NCBI GenBank assembly: GCA_964016885.1
Contig: OZ024740.1
Span: 413,044,001-413,108,000, forward strand
DNA length: 64,000 bases
Reading direction: 5' to 3'
From: Eledone cirrhosa
Lineage: Eukaryota
Shown: piece by piece, positions 1 to 13,785 of the stretch
How positions within the stretch are numbered: position 1 is the first letter of the stretch
Layout: the number at the start of each line of letters is the position of its first letter
Made by a program: the position numbers and the translations under genes
The notes under the pieces: generated by a model
Told to the model about the DNA's origin: nothing
What the model saw: the letters and a program-made list of their open reading frames with translations, nothing else
Databases searched by the model: none

Positions 1-354
1 TAAATGTAAAGCTCTTTCTGGCATATCAAATCCTTCTTGGATGTCAAAAGTAGTTAGCAAATGCCGGCTGTCAACATAGACATATCAACTCTTGTTGTAA
101 TTCAATGATATTTATAAAGAAAGAGCAATGTTCTGAAAGATTGGTCACTAAGAATAGAACTAAACGGGAAACTTCGTGGTAATTAATTCAAGCCTAAAAT
201 ATTAGGTAATCCAGAGAAGGTCTTGGGATATAAATGGTGAAATATTTATCATATAAATAAAAAGTGTATGTTCATACGTGTAAACAAATACTTATAAAAT
301 TGCATACTTATATGTCTATGTATGCATATGTATATCAATATATATGAATATGAA

Positions 355-400
355 TATAGATATATATATGTGTGTGTGTGTGTAAGAGAGGGGGAGAGAG

Positions 401-445
<45 letters not shown>

Positions 446-453
446 TATATCTT

Positions 454-551
<98 letters not shown>

Positions 552-579
552 AGGGAGAGAGAGATATAATATATATATA

Positions 580-614
<35 letters not shown>

Positions 615-660
615 AGAGAGAGAGAGAGAATGAGTGAGTGAAAAAGAGAGAGAGAGATTC
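355..660. repeat. Compound (TA)n/(TG)n/(GA)n microsatellite
   Basis: Visible directly; source of the YIYI/CVCV pseudo-ORFs. Confidence 0.95.
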
Positions 661-1084
661 GGAGGTGCTTGTCTGTGACTGTAGGGACACACCACACATT
701 AAACCACCTGTATTTATTAAGGTTGATATCCGTGGATCATGTTAAATCTTTTTCAATCTCCTTCTCTCTTTTGTTATATTTGTGTTTCTCTCTTTTCTAT
801 TTCTATTGCAGTTTTGTCTTTTTCAATTAACTTGAATATCCCCTCTACGGAATAGAATGAAAGTCAGCTAGTAAAACTTCGAACGGCTGCTTCACTTGCT
901 AGAAATAATAACCACGTTTCTTTCAAAATACATACCTACCATGTTTGAAATATGGACACATAATATAATCTAGTTTGATTTAAACTTCGAAAAGCATCGA
1001 CGTATGTGATGGCTGAAATGACTCAGAATGTATCTGCTGTCTCAAATGATAGTAGAAAGATTTCACATTTATCTTTAAACTGTT

Positions 1085-2340
1085 AACTCCGGTCATTCAC
1101 TGCGTGGATACCTGTCTAAAAAGCAATTCAGGGACAACAACAATCAATGCGCGCTGACTAACTACCCTATCCGCGATACAGATATTTGCCAGCGGACACA
1201 TGTAGTATACCGTATTGATTTAACATTCACGAAAGGTTGTAACTGTAGAAACAAAGCAAATTGCCCATTAAAAGGAAATTGCCTTATTAATAACATAGCA
1301 TATAAATGTAAAATTAGCACTAAGGACTCAACTTATTCATATATAGGAGCTACTTCTAACCAATTTAAAGTAAGATTTAATACCCACAAACACAGTTTTT
1401 AAAATGCCGCATTAGCTAATACAACATCCTTAGCTGAAATAATTAATAATTATAGAAAAAAGAATATCGACTTGGAGTGTCCTCAAAAGGGTCACCCCTT
1501 ATCAAAATAATAGATATGAATGTAGATTATGTTCCCAGGAACTTTTTGAAATAATGAAATCTAAGGATATCCTTTTAAGTAAGCGACACGAATTAATTAT
1601 ATCGTGCAATAATAGAATTAGAAAACTTTCAAATATTATAAACCTAATTAATATACACTTATATTTTACAAATTATTATAATTAATTTTTTTTAATTAGT
1701 TAACCTATAATTAATATTCTACTACTAAATACTACATAATTTGATTTCCCTAATATTTATACCAATAAGTATAAATATAAACTATTTTAATTTCCTGTTA
1801 TGAATCTAAATTCCTTGTAATCTATATAAGTTTGTTATTTCTCACTAATACATTTATCCCCCCCAAAAAAATTGTTTTCCTTCGTTTTTAACAACATTCT
1901 TTAATAACATCTAACTCTTATTTATCATATCTATATGAATTAATATAAATTTATCCCTATAAATATACCTATCAATTAAATTAATTTTATTTCTTTTTAT
2001 AGATCTAAATTCCTTATGTTTTAAATAAGATTGATATTTTTCACTAACACATTTATCGTACAATTTTATTCTCCTTAGATTTTAACATTAGCATTATTAT
2101 TTAACAACATCAAATTTTCTCGTGTACCTATCACCGGATTGACCTATTTTCATCCCCAAAGTAATCTTTTCATTCAAAACACTCTTTCCATTCAAAACTG
2201 AAGTCTGCATTCCTCTACCCCTAAATTAAATTTCTACTACTACTATTCTATCAACTTGACCACTTGCTACTTTTCTATTGATCAATTCAAAACCTGTTCC
2301 CAAACAGACCTATTATAATAAATCTTTGTTGTTTTTTTTC
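1085..2340 (+). mobile_element. Degenerate PLE 3' fragment: GIY-YIG endonuclease plus AT-rich 3' UTR
   Basis: From 1238 it translates CNCRNKANCPLKGNCLINNIAYKCKI...YIGATSNQFKVRFNTHKHSF*, homologous to the 11655-12305 ORF. Stops follow. The UTR has an internal duplication (~1800-1860 vs ~2003-2060). Confidence 0.8.
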
Positions 2341-2370
2341 AATAAACAAATATCATTATTTCGGACGCCA

Positions 2371-2732
2371 CAATAGGGTGGTGGATTGACAGTAATGGTA
2401 GAGGGTCGGACGCCATGCTTTGACGTATAGAGTGACGGCCCTTGCCTTTCTGAGTTCAAATCCCGCCAAAGTTAACTTTGCCTTTCATCCTTACGGGGTC
2501 AATACAATAAAGTACCAGTAATGCACTGGGTAATTGCTGGCCTTGTGCCTAACGTAGAAACAATTATTTCGGACGCCATGCTTTGACGTATAGAGTTACG
2601 GCCATTGCCATTCTGAGTTCAAATCCCGCCGAGGTTAACTTTGCCTTTCATCCTTATGGGGTCAATAAAATAAAGTACCAGTAATCTACTGGGTAATTGC
2701 TGGCCTTGTGCCAAAAGTAGAAACAATTATTT
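2371..2732 (+). mobile_element. Two nested tRNA-derived SINEs with a Meta/MESC-like core
   Basis: B-box-like GAGTTCAAATCC and core GCCTTTCATCCTT..GGGGTCAATAAAATAAAGTACCAG each occur twice. The same family recurs at 19773, 27300 and 61640. Confidence 0.8.
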
Positions 2733-3024
2733 CTGAAGACAGCATATATATGTGTAGGTATGTATATTCCCTCTGATAGTTTGTAAAATGTTGACATAGA
2801 TATATATGATATACATACCAACACACACATATATATCCTAGAAACGATCGTAAAATGATGAATGTTTTAATATAAGGAACTGTTTCTTTGTTTGTATTCA
2901 TTATTTTTATTAATTTATCTTCACTCTGTTTTCCTATGTTTTTCATCGACAAAATCATGATATTTGGATTACATTGAGTTCTTCATACGGATTGGATACT
3001 ACCGTATATTTTGGTAGATTTATC

Positions 3025-3073
<49 letters not shown>

Positions 3074-3076
<3 letters not shown>

Positions 3077-6000
3077 AAGAAATTAAAAGATGGTTAAAAA
3101 AGTTCCATATATTTTATTATGCGCATTTCAAAATCAAATATCATCCTGGGACGATAGTTGCGTTCTCATCAGATATAATAAGGTAACATGATATGATGCC
3201 TAAAAAAACACTTGTGAACAAGAAAGTGTCTAGTCAACATATGATAAAAATATTATAGGAGAGAGAAGATTGGAAAAAAGGACGGAAGAGGGAAAAGGAA
3301 AAAGAAGGAGAAGATAACGGAGGAAATGTTTAAGAAGGAAGGAGGAGAGAGAAAGAGAAAGGAGAGAGATAGAGACTTTTAAACGGAAAACGCCGTCAAA
3401 ACTGAAAAAACAGCTGTGAATAACGGCTGAAAAAAATATATACGGCTACTAAATAAATAAATTTATAAATTGATGAGGTTTATGATTGATGAGGTTTATG
3501 ATTACAGATATAGAAACTAGATATATTATTTATTTAGGGTTTATATACTAAAAAAATGTTATTAAGAGGTGTGAAAATGTATTATTAAAATAAAATAAAA
3601 TAAAATAAAGTAAAATAAAATTAAATGATTTATAAGCGTAGAAAACAAAATAATGTTTGTTTAAATAGAATGTAATTGAAAAATGTGAGAAAAATGTGTG
3701 AAGAGATATTTATGTGAAAAAAAAATTAATATATGTGTAGAAATAAATAAATAAGAGTTGTCAAACCAAGTCAAAAATTAAAAGTTTACAATTAAAAATT
3801 ATAGGTTACATATAAAAATATTATAGATTATATATAAAAGAAATTATATAAGTGGGAAAACTATTTAAATATTTAAATATTTAAATATTAATTTAATCTA
3901 CAAGTAAATAGAGGAAAATGTTATAATTATTTAAGCGTAGAAAAAGCGTAGAAAAAGCGAAGAAAAAAACGAAGAGGAAGACATATGACATCATAATTTG
4001 TTTACAAAATCTACGAAGAAAAATGATGCGATAAAGGAGGAAAAGTGAGCGGCTTAAAAATAGTGAGAAGAAAGAAAATAAGGAAACATTAAATATGAAC
4101 TATTTAAATACTATTTTGTTTCACCAAGTAGATAAAGGAATTTGCTAGAGTGATTTAAAGCGTAGAAGAACATATAACTTTATAGTATGTTTAAAACTTT
4201 GTAGAGTGAACTGAAATATGCGAGAAAAAGTGTAAAAAGATATTTGTGTAAAATAATATATATATATATATATGTAAACAATTTGTTAGCCTTTATTCGT
4301 GGAATAACATATAGGGTATTAGCTGTATACTTTGTGAAATGACCTAAGAGATTTATAGATGCAGAGAGCAAATAAATCGGTGCAGCTCTTTATTATAGAG
4401 TTAAAATTCGAGATAATGGTATATTTTTCAGCTAGACACAAATTACAAGCCCTAGATATGGAAGTATTAGAATATGGAGAAGCATTGCATATTTTACGCC
4501 AATAAATTTTGTAATTAATGTTTTTGTCTTTTAAGGATCAGATGAGTTCTGAGAGTGCATTGTTTTTTTTAAAGTGGATATTTAAATGAGGAAGAATGGT
4601 TATATAGTCTTGCCTTAAAGGACTTAGAAGTAGAACGAATCTAGGTATAAGAATTGCTAGGTATAAGAATTGCTAGGTATAAGAATTGCTATTAGCACTT
4701 TACATTCGTATACTAGATTTTTATCGAGACAGAAATTATTAAGAGGACATTTAGTTCTATTAGGGCAGTTGCATTTACGATTAATGTTATTAACAGAGTT
4801 ATTTGCAAGGGGCCCATGATTAATTATAATAGAAATTGTAGTGGTGGAATTAGCTAAAGTAGGTGCTAATTTTCCCTGATTAAGATTACTATTTGAACCA
4901 TTCATCAAAGTTAGGTTTGATGTCGTATTTATATTTAAGTTATCTTGTCTAGAGTTTACATTGACGTCGGGCCTTACAGTGTTATTATTATGACGCTCAA
5001 GGTTGGATGCATATGAGTTATTATTTAGTATTTTAGTATTATGTTTTGAGATTTTTGAGATAATGCTAGAGATGTTGGAAGTGGTGGAATATGAGAATTT
5101 AATGGTATGCTTATTAAAAATCTTACTATAAATATGTGAAGGAGGGAAGCAATTATCTAACGCCACAAAAAATAATTTAGGGATATTACTAATAAGTGAA
5201 AGAGAGAATGGAGCGTTGTACCAAATGATATTTTTATATCTAGGTCTCCTTTTTATGTTATTGGTATGCTTATAGCTAGCTATATTACTATAAGTTCTGC
5301 CAAGATTGGTTTATTTAGTGTATTTAATTTTGTCTGGATACCCAGCACTAGATAGCGAGTTATTGTAATAATTGGCGTTGGCATCAAAGATAAGTTTATT
5401 AGAAGATAGATTAGAGATACTTTTTTCAACATTTTCTGACTATAGCAGTTTTAACATTAATAGGGTGATTTGATTTAAAATTTACATAATTTAGGTTCTC
5501 ATTATCCTTATGGTATGGGTAATATAGGCCGGTATCTAGATTAAGGGATATATCTAGGAAGTTAGCTAATTTAGCGTTGTTCTCAAATTCAATTTTCAGG
5601 TTAAGGTTCTTAAATAGTTCAAGTATAATATTCTTGATAATATTAAGGTTTACTATGTTACAGTTTAAGACAGTAAAAAGGGTATCATCACGATCCACCA
5701 CGAAGTTGAGGAATTTTCCGATTTAAAGAGTTCAAGATGAATATTCTAACCAAGTCTGTCAATTGCGCTGAATCCGACGAAGTCATGGTGATGTCAAAAT
5801 TGTTGGAAGATCAGCTATTGTCCAATATTCATCGTTAAATTCCAGGATAGTTTTTCTTGCGGTGAGAATGATGTTCAATTCAACTGTGGTGATGTCCGAG
5901 CGCATAAGAGAGAGCCTTGTGGAGGAGTGAAGGAGAAATAGAAGAATAGTAACTGGCAATGTCAAACTGAATAAAGTTTAGTTTGTTTTTATTATTCAGG

Positions 6001-6411
6001 TCATTGAACCAGTCAATCACATTAGAAGTACCCAACCATAAATTTAGTTGAGAATTAGAGCAAACCTGTGGGATGATTCTATCCAAGATGGATTTACTAA
6101 CAACCCCAAATCGGATTTAGAGGGGGCAATTAGTCTGACATGCAAATCAGTTCGAAAATTTGATTTGTGATCTTTCAGATTAATCCTCGGAATTCTTGGG
6201 AAGAATGGTTCTGTTTTATTCTCAATACCAAGTTTAGAAATAATCTCAAAAGCTTTGAATTTAATAGACTCAAGATTATCGTGTGTGGTTTTGCGATAAT
6301 TTTTCCTTGGTTCTTTAAGGATAAGATTATTATATTTATATTTAGTTATGCCGTATAAATAGTTTGTTTTGTCAGAATGAACTAAAACGTTTTTAGAAGA
6401 ATTAAGGTCGA

Positions 6412-6415
<4 letters not shown>
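3074..6415 (-). mobile_element. Degenerate 5'-truncated PLE (RT + GIY-YIG) with long 3' UTR/pseudo-LTR, between (TA)n tracts
   Basis: Broken minus-strand frames carry FIQFDIASYYSSI, DRDD, NFLDISLNL..YYPYHK, KIFNKHTIKFSYST and CNCPNRTKCPLNNFCL, collinear with ORF 11655-13785. Hammerhead near the 3' end. Confidence 0.9.
3110..3181 (-). ncRNA. Type I hammerhead ribozyme in PLE pseudo-LTR
   Basis: Minus strand TATTATAT-CUGAUGA-[long stem II]-GAAA-UGCGCA-UA-AUAAAAUA; palindromic stem III; stem I pairs 7 of 8. Confidence 0.7.
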
Positions 6416-6451
<36 letters not shown>

Positions 6452-6583
6452 TTGTAGCTCTGAAATAGCAATATATATATGGATGTAAGCATAAAGTGTA
6501 TTGCAAAATACATTATATTTACATCCATATATATATATGTGTGTGTGTCTATGTATGTATATATATATGTATATATAGATATA

Positions 6584-6645
<62 letters not shown>

Positions 6646-6668
6646 TATATATATATATATATACATAT

Positions 6669-6712
<44 letters not shown>

Positions 6713-6727
6713 ATGTATATATATATG

Positions 6728-6806
<79 letters not shown>
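6416..6806. repeat. (TA)n/(CA)n/(TG)n compound microsatellite
   Basis: Visible directly. Confidence 0.95.
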
Positions 6807-6808
<2 letters not shown>

Positions 6809-7290
6809 TACACCTACGGTAGTAGGTGTATAATATTCTTAAGGTCCCATTTCGGTGACGCGCGACACCTTCAAAGCTTTGTCACTAATTCAATCTTTGA
6901 TAGAATTCGATGCGGTGTTTTGCACTTCATAGGACCACAGATAAGCTACTTTTTGACATAAAAATATTGAAATTTGATTCAGTAGAAAAAAAGTTACATA
7001 AAAATAAGTGAGGACCAAAAGAGTGTAAGGAACTACGTACATAAGTAACGCTTAGTTTGTTTCTAATTTCTAATACATTAAAATAGTGATAGATTGTACA
7101 ATTACGAATTGTGGTCAGGTAGCTCAGTCGGTAGAGAAGCGGACCGGCAATCTGAAGGTCGTGGGTTCGATTCCCACCCTGTTTACTTTTCCTCTCTGCA
7201 CCTCTTTCTATTCATTATTATTTATTTAACTTATTTGTTGATAAATATTTTTAATATTAATATAATATCCTTGCATTGCCTGGAAAAAAA
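6809..7290. mobile_element. Possible Helentron/DINE-1-like non-autonomous element end
   Basis: Terminal hairpin ATACACCTAC-GGTA-GTAGGTGTAT next to (TA)n, similar in layout to DINE-1 ends. The other end was not identified. Confidence 0.3.
7113..7185 (+). tRNA. tRNA-like sequence (pseudo-tRNA or SINE head; nominal anticodon GGC)
   Basis: A box TAGCTCAGTCGGTAGAG and perfect T arm GTGGG-TTCGATT-CCCAC. The acceptor stem is mismatched and position 33 is C, so it is probably not a functional tRNA. Confidence 0.6.
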
Positions 7291-7298
7291 GTGGATTA

Positions 7299-8476
7299 CA
7301 GGGAAAAATGCGGACGCATGTAAAGAAATATTCTTAAATTAATAAACCTAGAAAAAGTAAAGGACAAGTTATTACACCTGGAAAAGTAAAGGACAAGAAA
7401 ACTTCTTCTTAAAACTTCTTAAAATATTGCAGCTAAAGTCTAAATTTGAAAAGAAAAATTTAGATTATAAAACTAAAAATAAATAATTATAAGTTAATTG
7501 TTAAAATATATCACTTTAAAGGACTGGAAAAATGACTGTCTTATAGGGAGAGTTGACTACTGTATACTTAATTTTTTTCTTGGTGTATACAAATTAATCT
7601 TTTTAAAATAAAATTTGTACAATAATTTGTACAATAATTAATTAATAATAATAATAATAATTAATATTTACAATTTATTAATTTATGTTATAAGATATTT
7701 AAAAAATTTCACTCTTAATCAAATTATATTTTTAAAAATTTTGTTATAAAATAATGCAGTAAAATAAATCAAAAACAGTGCATCATATAATTGCACTTTT
7801 TATGAGTATTACAGATTTTTTTTATAATATAGTAAAATTCAACATCTCAAGGGGCAAAATTAGGTAAAAGTCAATTCATCAATTATTCATTTATAGTGAA
7901 TCAATCAATTATAGTGAATTCATCAATTCATTAGATGAACTGTTGAATTAGACAATGTTTAATTTTTAATTGTAGTCTAATTTTACTCTACCTAAAAATG
8001 TAGATTGGTTATTTTGATCTCTGACAGGTCTTAAATTTCATTATTAAACAATTATAATTTGTTATTATTTATCATTACAGTTGGCTCCCTAATTAATTAT
8101 TAATTATGTTTTATTTGATGTTTATAATTGTCACTCATTTTTTCAGTCCCATTTAGTAAACTAAAATAAAGTATATTTATTTAATGACCCAACCACTATG
8201 GTGTAAATTATGATCACAAAATTAAATAAATGATCATAAATTAGTATTATTATCAATTAGAGAGTTAACTGTATTATTAGAATTTATCACTTTCTATGTA
8301 TATTTAAATCAAATATTTTTTATTATTCAAATTTATACTATAGCTGCAATATTTTAAGAAGTTTTAAGAAGAAGTTTTCTTGTCCTTTACTTTTCCAGGT
8401 GTAATAACTTGTCCTTTACTTTTCTAGGTTTATTAATTTAAGAATATTTCTTTACATGAGCCCGCATTTTTCCCTG
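7299..8476. mobile_element. Non-autonomous Tc1/mariner-type TIR element (MITE/foldback)
   Basis: ~140-150 bp TIRs (7299-~7450 and ~8325-8476) with ends TA|CAGGG...CCCTG|TA (TA target duplication). No transposase ORF. Confidence 0.85.
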
Positions 8477-8525
8477 TAATATATATAGGTATGTATATAT
8501 GTATGTATATATGTATGTATATATG

Positions 8526-8614
<89 letters not shown>

Positions 8615-8696
8615 GATATTCCGGGTTGAATCGGAGGTAACCACAGTAAGTAAGGTACTCAATACATTGCAGAGTATAAAAGTTTTAATATAGATG

Positions 8697-8747
8697 AGAT
8701 TCTACAGGACTAGAACTGTTTCATTCTTTAGAAATCATCAGGAATCT
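8697..8747 (-). ncRNA. Type I hammerhead ribozyme (PLE A)
   Basis: AGAUUC-CUGAUGA-UUUC(UAAA)GAAU-GAAA-CAG(UUCUAGUC)CUG-UA-GAAUCU: complete core, 6-bp stem I, GUA cleavage site. Confidence 0.9.
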
Positions 8748-9419
8748 GGGTATCAAAAAATAAGTATGGTATTTATAGGTCTCTACAAGTGGTAGGAGAG
8801 GGTGGGGAGTGGTATGGGTGTAGGTCATTGGTTGATAGAAAAGGGAATTCATTAAAAGCTAATTCTACAAAGCTATAGTTTATTTTTATTTATTTTTGTT
8901 TTTAGAGTAACAAAGGCAGACAGAATTCTATAAACATGTTCAGGATGGCATGTCACTCCTTATTATTAAGTTTCTCTTAAGCTAACAGGTGTCTATAAGA
9001 TCAGTGGGGGGTCAGTCATGGTAGATAGATTTAAAGGAAAGGGAGACTCTTTAAAAGCTAAATTCATTAAGGTTCTACTAAGTGACAAAGGTTTAGAGAA
9101 TTCTGTAGACAAATTCAAAATATTGAGTGCATATCTTACAATTATCTTCAAATGTCTCTTAAACTATTCAACTATATGCCAAAAATCAACAGACACATTC
9201 ACAAAAGACACTCACTCACACACTCGCGCGCACCCATAAACACACATACACATACACATATACACACATATACACACACACACATATAAATATATTAATA
9301 CTTATATATATATATATACATATATACAAATACATACACGCACATATATACACACATATATATATGTATATATATATATATATAAATATATATATATATA
9401 CATACATATACATACACAC

Positions 9420-9452
<33 letters not shown>

Positions 9453-9601
9453 TATACACATATATAAGGAAAAATTGAACAGGAACAAAACAGAGGGGCA
9501 GAACAAACAAATGTTTATTAATTTCACGCACTTGAGAGTGGGGTCACACATACACACACATATATATATACACAGACACAAACACCATACATACATATAT
9601 T

Positions 9602-9785
<184 letters not shown>

Positions 9786-9806
9786 CATACACATACATAT
9801 ACACAC

Positions 9807-9846
<40 letters not shown>

Positions 9847-9914
9847 ACACACATACACACACTCACACACACATACATATATAAATACATACATACACAT
9901 ACATATACACATAT

Positions 9915-10021
<107 letters not shown>

Positions 10022-10070
10022 CACACACATATATATACATACACATACACACACATATACATATATACAT

Positions 10071-10111
<41 letters not shown>

Positions 10112-10144
10112 CACACACATACATATACATACATAAATATATAC

Positions 10145-10175
<31 letters not shown>

Positions 10176-10200
10176 TATACATACACACACACACATATAT

Positions 10201-10275
<75 letters not shown>

Positions 10276-10342
10276 TACACATATATACATATACACACAC
10301 ATATACATGTATATATATACATATATACATATATATACACAC

Positions 10343-10387
<45 letters not shown>

Positions 10388-10550
10388 TATATACATGCAT
10401 ATACACATATACACACACACATATACATATATACATATATATATATGTATATACACATATATACACACATATACATATATATACATAAATAAACACATAT
10501 ACACACATATATATATACACATACATATACATGCATATACATATATATAC

Positions 10551-10587
<37 letters not shown>

Positions 10588-10828
10588 TATACGTACACAT
10601 ACATACATAGACATATACATATATACACATACACACGAATATACAGACACATACGTACACACATACACACATACGTATACATAAATAAATAAACACATAT
10701 ATATATATACATATATATAGTAATAATAATAAAATTGAAGACTAAAATCCAGAGAGGGCTCGATAAGGAAAATATATATCAAATATATAAGAACCGAAGA
10801 GCAAATATTTATTAAAATAACAGATTAA

Positions 10829-10879
10829 AGTTTAAGCAAAGAATCGCTGCTTTCACCCTTAACGGGATCTTCTGAAACT
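10829..10879 (-). ncRNA. Variant type I hammerhead (CAGAAGA core), PLE B
   Basis: AGUUU-CAGAAGA-UCCC(GUUAA)GGGU-GAAA-GCA..UGC-UU-AAACU; the same motif occurs at 46765-46815 (-) and 47651-47701 (+). Confidence 0.65.
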
Positions 10880-11654
10880 AACAAAGTCAATCTGTAAACG
10901 CATAACTGGATATTTCAAAAAACGTTGCAACCGGAGGAAGACAGGAAGACGATACTGTGGTTCATGGTGACGTTCGCTGGCAAAGAACGGGAAAAAACGA
11001 ATAATACGTCATTAATAGGAGCGGTGAAAAACAATTACGTGCAAGGACAGAACCACGTTTATGGTATAAAAGAGGTCGAAGACTAATGTTCTCTAAGTGG
11101 TGCATAGAGACGTTCTCTGGCAATGAACGAAAAAACGAAGATAATAAGTCATATGTGGAGCGTGGAGAACAATAGCGTGCAAAGTCAAAACCACGTAAAT
11201 GGTATAGCAGAAGTCGTCGACTAAAATTCTAACTAGGAGACCGAATGAATTTCCGCTACAGAGTTAAGAACAAAGTAAATAAATACAATAAGAACAAAGT
11301 AAATAAATACAAAACGTATATAACAAGCGCACACACATACCTACAAATAAATACATGAAGGTTCGGAGACGTAAGTCAACTAAAACAAGAAGTACACATA
11401 TACACACACCCACCATACGTACGAACCTGCATACTCACGCAGACGCAAAACTCCCATATACACATAACCAAGCCCTAATTACCAGAATATGTAAAAATTA
11501 TACGCCAAAACAGTCAAATATACGTACGAGAAGGTATACAAACCTTCACGAAACATACGGGTTATATAATCTTACCTATGCAAAAAGTAAAGGAATAAAC
11601 AAAACATATACTTAGCTCCCACATCAAGACGTAAATATCCACGTATATATCGTG

Positions 11655-13785
11655 CTATCCGTTAGGGTATAACGTAGGGCTGTAATACAGGAAAGTTTTG
11701 TGCAATTTATGTTTACAAGCCGAAATTGCCTCAGATTTTTTGTTTAAGATGTGGTCTGTGGCGTAGAGTATTTCCAGGGCCTCAGCGGCGCAGAGGTCAC
11801 ATGGTCTTTTATTTCCGTTATACGATCTAGCTCTAGCTAGGATCTCCCAGTGTAACTTATATTGGGTGTGGTTGTCTTTTAGACTCCAGATATAAGCTGA
11901 AAGTGACGTCATATTCCTTCTTAGAGGGTAACGAAAAGAATGGGTATGCATGTAAAGACGCTGCTTGAAACTATTGGCAGTTAACCCTATGTAGGCCCTA
12001 CGGGACGTGGGTGTTACAACCTTACATTTGTAGACAATGTTACTAGAGAGGCATTTCCCGGATAGGGGACAATCAGCCCGATTCCTACAATTACAGTTAG
12101 TACTAACTACAGGGTTGCACGTGTTCCTACGGCTAGGTATTTTAGCTAAATTTGAAGCTGTGATGTTATGTGCAAGGTTAGGAGTCGTTGAGTAAGAAAT
12201 TTTAATAGTGTTTCTATTAAAAATTTTACTATATTTATGTGTAGAGGGAAAATGCTTCGTAATAAGGGAAAGAAAGATCTTAGCCAATGGTGTGGCCACC
12301 TCCATATTATATGGTGGGTTAAACCAACAAATGCGACGGGATCTATTTCTTCTAGGTCTATTCTCGTACTCTGTATATTGCTACCTTATCGACAAATCCA
12401 CTTCGAGCAAGAGCTTCATTGTAATAAGTGGAATTGTCGTTGAAAATACGCTCGTTGGTGGAAAGACGGGAAAGCCTCAACGAAACGTTTTTTACCAGGT
12501 TCTTGGTTATGCTGGCAGGATGGTTGGAATGCTTACTTATGTAATTAAGCGTATCATTCGGCTTTCTATACGGGTAATGCAACCCATTCAATAAATTGAG
12601 GGTAACGTCGAGGTAATTAACGACCGAGAGATTGGCCTCAACCTGTATAGAGAGGTTGAAGCCTTTAAAGAAGGCTGTGAGTTCCTTTCTGAATCTGCCG
12701 CAAGCACGAGGTCCGCACTTAGTCATGGTCAAAAGGCCATCGTCACGGTACAAACCAGCGCCCGCGTTGGGGAATTCGTCCTTGATAGAGAAAAGAAGGA
12801 AAAGGCCAATAAGATCAGTAACCTCCGCAGAGTCACTGGCGCCCATACTCACGTCGAATGGGGTACTGTTGGATTTTTTAATCCAAATAGAATCGTCGAA
12901 ATTAATCACCGACTTTCGGGCATTAAGGATGACATCAACTTCGAAATCCTTAACCACTGTGAGTGTTTTAGCGAAATTGATAGCTCTAAGGAGAAGTGGT
13001 AAAGTGATGGAGGAGTAGTAATTGTTGATGTCGAATTGGATAAAACGGCAATGTTCCTTGTTAGATATGCCGTTGAACCAATCAATCACCGCGAAAGAAT
13101 TGTTCCACAGTGCGAGAGGGGCCAAATTTCTAATTTCAGGTATAATTCTATCAAGAATCGTTTTACTAAGTCTACCTAAATCGGACTTCGTAGGGTTAAT
13201 AAGCCGAATAGAGGGGTTGTTCGGAAAATTGGATTTGTGGTCCTTCAGGGTAAAGTGGGGAGAGATAGGGTCCAGGGGTTCGGTCCGGTCCAGGATGTTT
13301 AGATCAGATGTGATTTTAAACCCAGCATCGTTGATTTCATTGATGACACACCGATTAGTTTTACGGTAATCCTTAGTTACAGCATTATGTAGTAGTTGAT
13401 GGTAAGTACTGCGCTCCACTTGATATAGGTTGCCAGTTTTGTCGGAATGGACGTGCACGGCGTTAGAATCCTTAATAGAACGAATTCTATTCTTCAGGTC
13501 TTGCTGGAAGGAATTGCTCCTATTCCGAAATTTGATACTCCGAATGAGTTCCAAGACATCATTTTCGAAGGGTAGCAATGCTGGGTTCCACGGAGGGTTA
13601 TTATAGGTTTTAAATCCAAATTTATCCTGCTTGTTGTCTGCTTTTCGCGGATTATCGAAATAAAAGGCACGCCAACGCAACCTTTTAATGAACGCGTCTG
13701 TTTTCTGTATTAGGAGTTTTAGGTATGTTTTCCTGCTTGGTACGGGTATGTTCTTTGTAGAAATGTTCAGATGTTGTTTCTGCAT
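11655..13785 (-). CDS. PLE reverse transcriptase + C-terminal GIY-YIG endonuclease, one frameshift near 12390
   Basis: FIQFDINNYYSSI, MGASDSAE, GLYRDDGL, NYLDVTLNL; after a frameshift RRICWFNPPY, CNCRNRADCPLSGKC, NIVYKC..YIGLT..FKQR. About 710 aa if joined. The CxC-x5-C linker without CCHH suggests the Hydra PLE clade (recalled; needs phylogeny). Confidence 0.9.

Noticed and set aside
840-1030. Possible old interspersed repeat
   Set aside because: It looks repeat-like but has no second copy or diagnostic motif in this window.
7113-7185. Functional tRNA-Ala(GGC) gene
   Set aside because: Mismatched acceptor and anticodon stems and C at position 33; kept only as tRNA-like.
9018-9239. Duplicated 73-aa ORF (also 16078-16299), and likewise the 81-aa ORF at 51496/53444
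   Set aside because: Explained by inverted pseudo-LTR duplication; no recognisable domain.
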